DNA from: Thalassobaculaceae bacterium
GTDB lineage: Bacteria; Pseudomonadota; Alphaproteobacteria; Thalassobaculales; Thalassobaculaceae
DNA: 64,000 nucleotides
Assembly: GCA_965228875.1 (NCBI GenBank)
Contig: OZ245843.1
Coordinates: 3,516,616-3,580,615 of the forward strand
Reading direction: 5' to 3'
In this document: in pieces, positions 12,701-18,535 of the stretch
How the letters are laid out: each line of letters begins with the position of its first letter
Position numbering within the stretch: position 1 is the first letter of the stretch
Notes under the pieces: generated by a model
Told to the model about the DNA's origin: nothing
Database searches by the model: none
What the model saw: the letters and a program-made list of their open reading frames with translations, nothing else
Program-made: the position numbers and the translations under genes

Positions 12701-15700
12701 ACGTGACATCGACCTGACCGTCGCCGTCGGTGTCGATCTCGATGGTGCTCGCCTGGCCGTCCGCCTGACGGGTGATGGAGACGGCATCGCTGTCGAAGGT
12801 GGCGCCGCCGATTCGGATCGCATCGAACCGGTCGACATCGGTGAGGGTGTCGCCGTCGCCGGCGAAGAAGGTATCCGCACCGGCACCACCCGCCATCGAG
12901 TCGGCACCGTCGCCACCCTGCAGGACGTCGTCGCCGGCACCGCCGGACAGGATGTCCGCGCCACTGCCGCCGGAGAGGGTATCGCTGCCGTCGCCGCCGA
13001 ACATCCGGTCGTCGCCAGCGCCCCCGGACAGCAGATCGTCGCCGGCACCGGCCTCGAGATAGTCGCTGTCGTCGCCGCCGACCAGCGTATCGCCGCCGTC
13101 GCCGCCATAGACCGAGTCGTTTCCGACCCCGCCCGACAGCGCGTCCTCGCCGTCCCCGCCCCGCAGGATGTCGTTGCCGGCGCCACCCGACAGGGTGTCG
13201 TTGCCGGCATCGCCGGACAGGGTGTCGCGACCGCCGCCGCCGGAGATCGCGTCGTCGCCCTCCGCGGCGCTCAGGTTGTCGTTGCCGTCGCCCCCAACCA
13301 GGGTCTGGCTCTCGAACCCGGCACCGGCGTCGCCGGCCAGCGAGTCGTCGCCGGCACCGCCGTCGATCGTATCGTTGCCGTCGCCGCCGTCGAGCGTGTC
13401 GTTGCCGTCGCCGCCGTCGAGCGCGTCGTCGCCGTCGCCGCCGTCCACCGTGTCGTCGCCGGAACCGGCGAAGACCGTGTCCTCACCCGCGCCGCCGTCG
13501 ATCGTGTCGTCGCCCGCACCGCCGTCCAGGCTGTCGTCGCCGTCGCCGCCGTCGACCGTGTCGTTCCCGGCGCCGGCGACCACCGTGTCGTTTCCGTCGC
13601 CACCGTCGACGCTATCGTCGCCATCCCCGCCGGCCACGGCATCGTCGCCATCGCCGCCTGCTACGGTGTCGTCACTCGCACCGCCGTCGAGCGTATCGTC
13701 ACCCGCACCGCCGTCGACGCTGTCGTTTCCGTCGCCGCCGGCCACCGCGTCGTCGCCGCCACCGCCATCGACCGTATCGTCACCGGAACCGCCATCGACC
13801 ACATCGTTGCCACTGCCGCCGTCGACGCTGTCATTGCCGTCGCCGCCGTCGACCGTGTCGTCGCCCGTCCCGCCAAGCACGGTATCGTCGCCGGAACCGC
13901 CGTCCACCTCGTCGTTGCCGCTGCCGCCGTCGACGCTGTCGTCGCCGGCGCCGCCGGATACCGTATCGTCGCCGTCGCCGCCATCGACCGTGTCATCCCC
14001 GGCCCCGCCGTCGGCGACGTCGTTTCCGCCGCCGCCCGACACGATGTCGTCGTCCTCGCCGCCGAGCAGGCTGTCCGCGCCGGCGCCGCCGGACAACGTG
14101 TCCTCGCCCTCGCCGCCTGACAGCGTATCCTCGCCATCGCCGCCATAGACGACATCCGGTGCCGACTGGGCCGAGATCAGGTCGTCGCCGTCGCCGGCCT
14201 CGATGGTGTCGTTCTCCGGCGTCCCGATCAGCGTGTCGTCGCCGTCCGTACCGAGCGCCGGGTCGAAGGCCTGCAGCGTGATGTCGACGCCGCCCGCGCC
14301 GTTGTCGGTAACGCTCGGCTCGGTGAACAGCCCGTCGAGGCGGATCGTGGAGTCGACGGTGCCGTCGCCGTCTGTGTCGAGAGTCAGCGTGCTGCCGGTC
14401 TCGTCGCGCACCAGGCCGACCTGCAGGCTGTCGGCGCTGACGCCGCCGACCGAGATCACGTCGCCGTCGGCCTCGAAATCGGTGATGAGGTCGCCGTCCA
14501 ACTCGTCGGCCGTGCCCGCGAACGTGTCGCCGCCGCCACCGCCGGCCAGCGTGTCGCTGCCCGAGCCGCCGGCCAGAACGTCGTCGCCGCCATCGCCGCT
14601 CAACGCATCGTCGCCGGCCCCGCCGGAAAGCTGATCGTCACCGGTGTTGCCCTGCAGGGTGTCGTCGCCGGCGCCCCCGTCCAGGGTGTCGTTGCCGCCG
14701 CCGCCGGACAGGAGGTCGGCCCCGTCGTTGCCCTGGATCGCGTCGTCGTCCGCCTCGCCGAACAGTCGGTCGGCGCCGTCACCACCGGTCAGCGAGTCGT
14801 CGCTCGGACCGCCATAGATGGTGTCGTCGCCGGCGCCGCCGTCGAGATCGTCCTCGCCCTCGTTGCCGGAAATGAGATCGTTGTCGTTACCACCGTCCAC
14901 CGTGTCGTCGCCGGCGCCGGCATCCACGGTGTCGTTGTCGTTGCCGCCGACGATGGAATCGTTGCCGTCGCCGCCATCCAGGATGTCGTTCCCGGCCGCG
15001 CCCTGAAGCGTGTCATCGCCGTCGAGGCCGGAAAGCGTGTCGTCGGCCGCGCCGCCTGTCAGCGTGTCGTTGCCATCTCCGCCGGACAGGGAGACGGGAC
15101 CCTGGTGCCGGATCGTGAAGTCGGTATACGCACTGCCGTCCGGGCCGGTCCGCACGACCGCCTCGACGTCATTGTAGTCGCCCTGCAGCGTGAAGGTCAG
15201 ATCGGGGCTGCCGTCGCCATCGGTATCGACGCGCACTTCCGTGGTCGCGCCGTCCTGGCTCCGCACCACCTCGACGTCGTCGGCGCCAAGCTCGGCGCCC
15301 TCGACACGGACCACGTCGCTCTCGTCGAGATCGGCGATCACGTCGCCGTCGCCGGCGATGAACACGTCGCCGCCCGCGCCACCGGACAGGGTATCGGCCC
15401 CGGCGCCACCGTCGATCCGGTCGTCGCCGGCCCCGCCGGCAAGAACGTCGTCGCCGGCGTCGCCCTCCAGCGTGTCGGCCCCGCCGCCGCCGTTCAGCGT
15501 GTCGTTCCCGCTGCCGCCCTCGAGGTAGTCGCGGCCGGAACCGCCGCCGATGGAATCCGCGCCGCCGCCGGCGTCGATACGCACGCCCGTGTCGCCCGAC
15601 CAGGTCACGGTGTCGTTGCCGGCGGTCACGCCGCTCGCCGAGGCGGTCACGTCGGCGCGGTTGAGAACGCTGCCGTCCGCGAACTCGATGTTCTCGATGG

Positions 15701-17741
15701 TGCGGAGCGTGTCGGTCCAGGACTGCATCTCGACCATGTCGGCGATGTCGTCCCAGGCGGTGTCCCCGTCGGCCGCGGCCAGGAACAGGTCCGCGCCGTC
15801 GAGCCACAGGGTCACGTCCCCGGGGTCGAGGTCCGTCAGTTCCAGCGCGTCGATGCCGCCGTGCAGAAGCGTCGGCGACCCGATATGCCCGAGCGGGCTG
15901 CGGTTCTGGTAGTAGTACTCGTCGAGAATGGTGTCGCGGCCGTCGCCCGAACCGAAGCGGTAGACGTCGTTGCCGCCGCCGGCGCGCAGGTAGTCGTTGC
16001 CGGCGCCGCCTTCGAGCGTGTCGTTGCCGGCCTGCTCGTTGATCGCCGCGCCGCGGATGCCGCCGCTGCCAAGCAGAGTGTCGTCGCCGGCCCCACCGGA
16101 AAGCAGGTCGTCGCCGGACCCGCCGTCGATCGTGTCGCTGCCGTCGCCGCCAAGGATGGTGTCAGCGCCCGTCCCGCCATAGATGAGGTCGCCATCGGCG
16201 CCGCCATCGATCAGATCGGCGCCGTCGCCGCCAACCAGGGTATCGGCTCCCGCATTGCCGGAGATCGTGTCGTCCCAGGTTCCGGCCGATACCACGTCAT
16301 TGCCGGCGCCCGCATCGACCCCGAGCGCGGTTTCGTTCCAGTACAGGGTCTCGCCGGCGGACGTCCCGCTGAGCGCGGCGGTGATGTCCTCGACCGAGAT
16401 CTGCGAACCGTCGCTGAACTCCAGGGTCTCGACCCGGTAATCGGAGTCGCGCCAGTTCTCGATGGTGATCCTGTCGGACAGCCCGTCGAGTTCGGTCGCG
16501 CCGTCGCGGATGCCGACAATCAGGTCGTCGCCATCGATCTTCAGCCACAGATCGTCGGCGGTGATGCCGGGGCCGAAGGTGATCCGGTCGGCGCCGCCAT
16601 CCTCGATGATGGCGTTGTCGACATGACCCAGACCGTTCTCGGGTACATAGGCGTATTCGTCGTGGATCGTGTCCCGGCCGTCGCCGCGGTCGAATTCGTA
16701 GATATCGTCGCCGCCGCCGCCATACAGCGTGTCGTCGCCGGTGCCGCCGGACAGGGTGTCGTGTCCGACCACCTCGTTGGTGACCGTCGCGTCGGCCGAC
16801 CCGTCGACGATATCGTTGCCGGCGCCACCGGCGATGTAATCGTCGCCCCGGCCGCCGCGGACGGTGTCATCGCCGTCGCCACCGCTCAGGATGTCATTGC
16901 CATCACCCGAGGACAGCCGGTCCGCGCCCGTTCCGCCGAACACGCTGTCGGACCCGGTGGCGGTGATCACCACATCGTCGCCGTCGCCGGCAACGATCTG
17001 GTTATCGCCACCTTCGGCCTTGACCAGGTCGTTGCCGGCGCCGCCGTCGATCGTATCCGAGGCATCCGAGGAGAAGACGGTGTCATCGCCATCGCCGGCA
17101 TTCAGGCCGATGGCCGAGCCGTCCCAGTCGATGGTGTCGTCGCCGCCCGAACCGTCCATGTCGGTGATCAGGTCGGCCACCGTGATCGTCGGCCCGTCCT
17201 CGAAGGCGATCTGCTCGACCGCGCGCAGCGGATTGTCGGCATCAACGATACGGATGACGTCGGTCAGACCGAAAATGTCGGTATCGCCGTCGCGGATACC
17301 GATGACCAGGTCGTCACCGTCCAGATTGACCCACAGATCCTCGCGACTGATACCGGAACCGAAGCGGAGCGTGTCGACGCCGCCGTTCCGCTCCACCGGA
17401 TTGAGCACCGCGCCAAGGCTGCTGCGCTCATGGAAATAGTAGTAGTCCTGGATCTCGTCGTAGCCGTCGCCACGCTCGTACAGATAGGTGTCGTTGCCGC
17501 CACCACCCCGGAGCGTGTCGGACCCGGAACCACCGGACAGCGTGTCGTCGCCTGTCGGCTGGTCGTAGTCGAACAGATTGCCGGCCGACCCGTCGATCAG
17601 GTCGTCGCCAGCGCCTCCCAGCAACAGATCCGCGCCTTCCCGTCCGTCGAGATGGTCGTTTCCGTCGCCGCCGAAGAGCGTGTCATTGACCGCTCCGCCG
17701 AAGAGCGTGTCAGCTGAATTGGTGCCGGTCAGGTCGGCCAT
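1..17741 (-). CDS. Giant RTX (GGxGxDxLx) calcium-binding surface protein/adhesin, at least 5,913 aa, 3' end outside the window
   Basis: ATG at 17741 preceded by GGGGGAG; reads MADLTGTNSADTLFGGAVNDTLFGGDGND... The same frame at the window edge reads ...DFDGDGRDDILLRDSEGGVALWQMNGDAIGASTEIDEVDPVWQA. The ORF track lists no minus-strand ORF terminating in this frame, so there is no internal stop. Very many RTX nonapeptides. Confidence 0.95.
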   Translation of the reverse strand, partial: MADLTGTNSADTLFGGAVNDTLFGGDGNDHLDGREGADLLLGGAGDDLIDGSAGNLFDYDQPTGDDTLSGGSGSDTLRGGGGNDTYLYERGDGYDEIQDYYYFHERSSLGAVLNPVERNGGVDTLRFGSGISREDLWVNLDGDDLVIGIRDGDTDIFGLTDVIRIVDADNPLRAVEQIAFEDGPTITVADLITDMDGSGGDDTIDWDGSAIGLNAGDGDDTVFSSDASDTIDGGAGNDLVKAEGGDNQIVAGDGDDVVITATGSDSVFGGTGADRLSSGDGNDILSGGDGDDTVRGGRGDDYIAGGAGNDIVDGSADATVTNEVVGHDTLSGGTGDDTLYGGGGDDIYEFDRGDGRDTIHDEYAYVPENGLGHVDNAIIEDGGADRITFGPGITADDLWLKIDGDDLIVGIRDGATELDGLSDRITIENWRDSDYRVETLEFSDGSQISVEDITAALSGTSAGETLYWNETALGVDAGAGNDVVSAGTWDDTISGNAGADTLVGGDGADLIDGGADGDLIYGGTGADTILGGDGSDTIDGGSGDDLLSGGAGDDTLLGSGGIRGAAINEQAGNDTLEGGAGNDYLRAGGGNDVYRFGSGDGRDTILDEYYYQNRSPLGHIGSPTLLHGGIDALELTDLDPGDVTLWLDGADLFLAAADGDTAWDDIADMVEMQSWTDTLRTIENIEFADGSVLNRADVTASASGVTAGNDTVTWSGDTGVRIDAGGGADSIGGGSGRDYLEGGSGNDTLNGGGGADTLEGDAGDDVLAGGAGDDRIDGGAGADTLSGGAGGDVFIAGDGDVIADLDESDVVRVEGAELGADDVEVVRSQDGATTEVRVDTDGDGSPDLTFTLQGDYNDVEAVVRTGPDGSAYTDFTIRHQGPVSLSGGDGNDTLTGGAADDTLSGLDGDDTLQGAAGNDILDGGDGNDSIVGGNDNDTVDAGAGDDTVDGGNDNDLISGNEGEDDLDGGAGDDTIYGGPSDDSLTGGDGADRLFGEADDDAIQGNDGADLLSGGGGNDTLDGGAGDDTLQGNTGDDQLSGGAGDDALSGDGGDDVLAGGSGSDTLAGGGGGDTFAGTADELDGDLITDFEADGDVISVGGVSADSLQVGLVRDETGSTLTLDTDGDGTVDSTIRLDGLFTEPSVTDNGAGGVDITLQAFDPALGTDGDDTLIGTPENDTIEAGDGDDLISAQSAPDVVYGGDGEDTLSGGEGEDTLSGGAGADSLLGGEDDDIVSGGGGNDVADGGAGDDTVDGGDGDDTVSGGAGDDSVDGGSGNDEVDGGSGDDTVLGGTGDDTVDGGDGNDSVDGGSGNDVVDGGSGDDTVDGGGGDDAVAGGDGNDSVDGGAGDDTLDGGASDDTVAGGDGDDAVAGGDGDDSVDGGDGNDTVVAGAGNDTVDGGDGDDSLDGGAGDDTIDGGAGEDTVFAGSGDDTVDGGDGDDALDGGDGNDTLDGGDGNDTIDGGAGDDSLAGDAGAGFESQTLVGGDGNDNLSAAEGDDAISGGGGRDTLSGDAGNDTLSGGAGNDILRGGDGEDALSGGVGNDSVYGGDGGDTLVGGDDSDYLEAGAGDDLLSGGAGDDRMFGGDGSDTLSGGSGADILSGGAGDDVLQGGDGADSMAGGAGADTFFAGDGDTLTDVDRFDAIRIGGATFDSDAVSITRQADGQASTIEIDTDGDGQVDVTFTALGDFELGAVTTGVDGEGVPYTEFGLGDASTPYVPDDTLSGGDGNDTLSGGGGNDTLTGGDGNDTLSGGGGNDTVSGGGGNDTLSGGDGNDTVGGGDGNDTVPDDDATITGTPEADTLTGGTGDDLILGLSGNDLILGSDGADTLSGGAGDDTLSGGNGADVIIGGDGADTMAGGIGADTFVVGDGDLITDYGSGDRIGFPDGVGVDDVTLSFDGTTTHVSVDTDGDGNADMTFGVVGNFSGVNSIPGGGDDTSSGGSGDGGDTVSGGDGNDTLSGGDGNDTLSGGDGNDTLSGGDGNDTLSGGAGNDTLSGGDGNDTLSGGDGNDTLSGGAGNDTLSGGDGNDTLSGGDGDDTLSGGAGNDTLSGGDGNDTVSGGDGDDTVSGGDGDDEVSGGDGNDTLSGGAGNDTITGDDGGSGDDGDDVLPSGPDNNDVLSGGDGNDFLGGGWGDDAVYGGTGDDTVQGGVGDDSLFGGDGADRLSGGAGNDALSGGTGGDLLYGGAGDDTLDGGVGDDTLSGGDGNDTLSAGIGSDRLSGGSGNDALDGGEGDDTLSGGNGDDTVRGGAGDDDLSGGRGDDQVAGGDGADTMYGGWGEDALSGGSGNDLLDGGAGDDTLSGGLGDDVLSAGDGNDRLLGGTGDDRLIGGDGADTLSGGFGDDTLEGGAGSDVLAGGTGADVLLGGDGDDTLSGGDGADTLEAGAGDDVLVGGAGADSLGGGLGADTLSGGAGDDTLDGGGDADVLSGGAGDDVLVGGAGADTLVGGDGADTFSVGDGDLVDDYAGGDVIRLDGYQLDPADFTVSAENGVATVVVDTDGDGNGDLTFRVAGAEGNPTVTIGSDGQGGFHTDVAFQISDTVSGGDGNDTLTGGDGNDTLTGGDGNDTLTGGDGNDTLTGGDGNDTLTGGDGNDTLTGGDGNDTLTGGDGNDTLTGGDGNDTLTGGDGNDTLTGGDGNDTLTGGDGNDTLTGGDGNDTLTGGDGNDTLTGGDGNDTLTGGDGNDTLTGGDGNDTLTGGDGNDTLTGGDGNDTLTGGDGNDTLTGGDGNDTLTGGDPYTIDGSNFTDTGSGYSVVGRRIIDGALSEPSVDYVSTTGDGLGVDGPAAGPAVQLGYDPATGISEELIVNFDDGATSATVEVTRLFPNEGSGGEVGHWAVYDGDTLVAEGDIFATSGSSATVVIEPGQAFDKIVFTALPYGGDSQSGTGDSSDYLIKSITVTPDPEGGSGSDTVTGGDGNDTLTGGDGNDTLTGGDGNDTLTGGDGNDTLTGGDGNDTLTGGDGNDTLTGGDGNDTLTGGDGNDTLTGGDGNDTMTANGDGNDLLVGGNGPDQLYGGAGGDTLSGGHDDDLLVGGPDGDTLVGGLGRDTFVAGDGDLITDYDNQDLVRIDGEIDAGDVTLTSDGSTTQVAIDTDGDGNPDMTFAMTGDFDSVSATTQGGDTYLYFGEGSGPGIQDPNGGWQSSNNGSGSDTVTGTEGDDTLYGSHGNDSLSGGAGDDSMNGGNGSDSLSGGAGNDTVDGSHDADVVSGGDGDDSLLGGNGTDSVIGGAGDDTLSGGHGADTLYGDGASGGAGNDTLSGGDANDSLQGTPENDTISGGDEDDAISALSAADVVFGGGGNDTISGGQGDDVLNGEDGDDAVYGQDGADTISGGDGSDTLSGGAGDDEIVGGAGSDAIDGGDGDDALAGGGEADTLSGGSGNDSLSGGAGNDLAVGGAGGDRMAGGSGDDSLSGGSGNDRLSGGDGNDALAGGSGADWVFAGDGTDTISGGAGNDYLFGNGGEDVFAGTLSELDGDLIGDYAEGEEIRISDLSDADTPVVLTPSGSQTIVEIGDDGTGAPLATFRVSGTYEGAELVETGDGVTLTLSEDPIDPYGATEGDDSLLGTPDADTISGLGGDDLIHALSADDVVYGGAGSDTLSGQQGNDALYGGDGGDSLEGGAGNDTLLGGAGNDTLSGGGGRDVLDGGEGDDLYVWSGDQSGGVRNYQVGDPENPLTDGSITDAESHNPGNAGHARYDSYIDSGTGDSDTLLGTDGADDIALHFGDQRLSGIEVIDAGDGDDVIDLASHVYSAGDSTLIGGQGNDAVWGNQGDDEISGGSGNDWLAGNSGNDTLSGGTGDDRVEGHADDDVLSGGAGNDSLSGGDGHDALSGGTDDDLLVGGTGLDTLVGGDGADTLSGGDGDDALRGGTGSDILVGGDGADTLSGGDGEDVFGGTLDGLDGDLIADYAEGEEIRISDLSDGDAPVSLSVAGGETTVAIGDDGNGSPLATFRVTGTFEGWELAESGDGATLTLSVEPNDPYGATDGDDTLIGTPEMDTISGLGGDDVVYAKSADDMVYGGDGNDTLHGQEGDDALYGGTGDDQLRGGVGADTLSGGVGSDSLRGDNGADLAIGGDGADTIAGGGDDDTLSGGAGDDVLNGGTGDDRVFGGDGADNLRGHVGADALSGGDGDDTLGGDNGADTLFGGAGNDTLNGGGDADTLSGESGDDALRGGTGNDLLLGGDGADDLRGQNDDDTLLGGLGDDRLGGDNGDDLLSGGAGNDVVNGGNGADTLSGGEGDDTLNGGGDADTLSGGAGDDALRGGTGNDLLLGGDGGDDLRGQNDDDTLLGGLGDDRLGGDNGDDLLSGGAGNDVVNGGNGADTLSGGEGDDTLNAGGDADTLSGGAGDDALRGGTGNDLLLGGDGADDLRGQNDDDTLLGGLGDDRLGGDNGDDLLSGGAGNDVVNGGNGADTLSGGAGDDTLNAGGDADTLSGGAGDDALRGGTGNDLLLGGDGADDLRGQNDDDTVIGGLGDDTLGGDNGDDLLSGGEGDDRMNGGRGADVLSGGTGNDTLWGGGGNDSLSGGRGDDSLVGSRDDDVLSGGDGDDTLKGGGGSDLLVGGTGADLVIGGGDADTLSGGDGADTLKGNTGADLILGGDGADSVHAGADDDTVSGGAGNDTLMGGGGNDVLSGGDGDDSLRGWRQDDTLVGGDGDDTLVGYDGADALSGGNGDDLLKGGTGADALEGGAGNDTLSGGRGSDTLTGGAGNDVFAGHWRDVDGDRVTDYDAEDDTLRVTGVNPNRLEVTLSVEDDVTTVSLDRDGDGTAESSFEVDGSFVSAEVTAAEGGGADIALTPGVPLQRLTLTAMGKADLDGDGDFEQVWRLRNPNDETVEATADMYGVDDPQDGPVTAPPGDSFFWSEAASGTMVVSYEINGTDRQETKASNPNAADLEALEEAGFVNPFGPRGLTGTEGDDTLVGTNDAEAISGLGGDDLISGGGGGDTLSGGAGNDTIIGDGDEAPAAIAIDASNYDADDQGFAVTGRKIVDGALTEASVDHVSTSGGSLGVAGATGGPAVQLGYDAVTGQSEQLIVELDDPAVSATVSVDRMFPAEGQGGEVGHWAAYRNGELVGEGDIDTTSETGISTTVEIAPATAFDTLVFTALPYGGGGQTVTNDSSDYLISGITVTPEPADNSDGDVLVGGEGSDVLIGGAGDDALYGGAGDASLIGGEGDDTLYVDSIDDLDGATVDGIEHLVVGGDSGPADGWNLLINGDFESTPTELTNIWTMFQEIQGWTAVDTDPDIPGTSPMEIQNGRIGGAPVSPDGWEAGNNVLELDSGPEAGGQPVNNNNALVEQTFTVFNEGTYTLSFDYAARQFAGRTAETSGFDILIDGEVVYSQEEAPHAWVSDFLTLDLGVGEHTIGLLGTLREDRHGALIDNIELVSGTEPSRNLLARVGSSGDDVLLSTTGNDTISGRAGDDTIYGGDGDDVLSGGAGNDALSGGAGDDVLYGGPGDTALVGGDGFDTVYIDTIDDLDGVDVEGVEKLVIGGQEGPGAGVNFLLNADFETTPALNHGSWGTFAEIQGWVAEDATPLVVGTAPIEIQQGRVGGAPSNPVGWEADNQVLELDSHPDLGAQPGDTNAKVTQAFTIQDAGLHTLSFDFAARQHGGDAAGTSEFSIEIDGQTVYTQTNAATSWHSDVVSLNLEVGEHTISFVGADADGAADSYGALIDNIELVLGDEPVRDLLPRLEADADPAAVLAMQGEDGMIRAVEVTGDGATVLDTRALASGERVLATGDFDGDGADDEVLIQNTATGVTAVVGVDAAGITEEGTRSGIAGDATVAATGDFDGDGTDDLLLSDASTGTVSVWQLGADGAATGGPALSVGGDLTLAGTGDFDGDGSQDLLWRDGTTGGLVVWSDITDPAGPSVGGELELDATTEILGTADFDGDGRDDILLRDSEGGVALWQMNGDAIGASTEIDEVDPVWQA
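4300..5345 (-). repeat. 270-bp (90-aa) tandem duplication, about 3-4 copies, inside the RTX gene
   Basis: ttgccgccattgaccac[a/g]tcgttgccggca recurs at 4561, 4831 and 5101; shadow ORFs at 4517, 4787 and 5057 show the same period. Confidence 0.9.
8788..9035 (-). repeat. 27-bp tandem array (about 9 units) encoding GGDGNDTLT
   Basis: Unit gtcagcgtgtcgtt[g/a]ccgtc[a/g]cc[g/a]cc[c/g], no spacers. Confidence 0.9.
9556..10135 (-). repeat. 27-bp tandem array (about 21 units) encoding GGDGNDTLT
   Basis: Same unit as the 8788 array, near-perfect, in frame. Confidence 0.9.
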
Positions 17742-17947
17742 GGGCAGGTTTCTCCCCCCTTGGAGGGTGCAATCTAGTCTCCCGACCAGCGCAACGCAAA
17801 TTTTATGCAAATCCTGAGGACCTGAGTTTTTCGCAAGACATGTTGAAGGATTCTCCGACACTTGGCAGGACGCCGCCAACGGGGTACATCCTGGGCCGCC
17901 GCGGCTCCTGTCGGCCCCGGCTCTGACGCGCGGAACCGAGGCGCAAG

Positions 17948-18535
17948 ATGACCGCCAAGTCCTTGCTAGTTAACGAGTTCAACGATCACGCCGCAATCGT
18001 CGGCGCGACTGGCGCGGCGGTGGAATCGGCCTTCGTCGACCTGGTTGACGCCTGCACCGAATCCGTGTCTTCCGGCGGCAAGATCCTATTTTTCGGCAAT
18101 GGCGGCAGCGCCTCCGATGCCCAGCATCTCTCGACGGAACTGGTCGTGCGCTACATCGGCGACCGCGCAGCAATTGCCGCGCTGGCCCTGACGACGGACA
18201 CCTCGGCGCTGACCGCCGGCGCGAACGACCTGGGATTCGAGCAGGTCTTCGCCCGTCAGATCGAGGCCCTGGGCCGGCCCGGCGACGTCGCCATCGGCCT
18301 CAGCACCTCCGGCAGGTCGCCGAACGTCATCCGGGGCCTGGAGGTCGCGCGGGCCGGCGGGCTGCGTACGGTCGCCTTCACCGGCGCCCACCGCGACACA
18401 CTGGCACCGGTCGCCGACATCGTGATCTCCGTTCCGTCGACCGCGACCAACCGGATTCAGGAGATGCATATCCTGATCGGACACGCGCTGTGTGGCGCCC
18501 TGGAGCGCGCCCTCGGCCTGGTGGAGGACAGATGA
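17948..18535 (+). CDS. gmhA: D-sedoheptulose-7-phosphate isomerase
   Basis: GNGGSASDAQH, ND.GF..VFARQIEALG, STSGRSPNV and RIQEMHIL motifs. Confidence 0.95.
   Translation: MTAKSLLVNEFNDHAAIVGATGAAVESAFVDLVDACTESVSSGGKILFFGNGGSASDAQHLSTELVVRYIGDRAAIAALALTTDTSALTAGANDLGFEQVFARQIEALGRPGDVAIGLSTSGRSPNVIRGLEVARAGGLRTVAFTGAHRDTLAPVADIVISVPSTATNRIQEMHILIGHALCGALERALGLVEDR

Noticed and set aside
840..17717. Very long plus-strand ORFs (3095, 870, 693 and 387 aa) and Ser/Pro-rich ORFs
   Set aside because: Antisense or alternate-frame shadows of the minus-strand RTX gene; the long ones share its codon register and have no RBS or motif support
17794..17810. Sigma54-like element upstream of the RTX gene (TTGCATAAAATTTGC on the minus strand)
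   Set aside because: Spacing fits, but the near-invariant GG at -24 is TG; not supportable without TSS data
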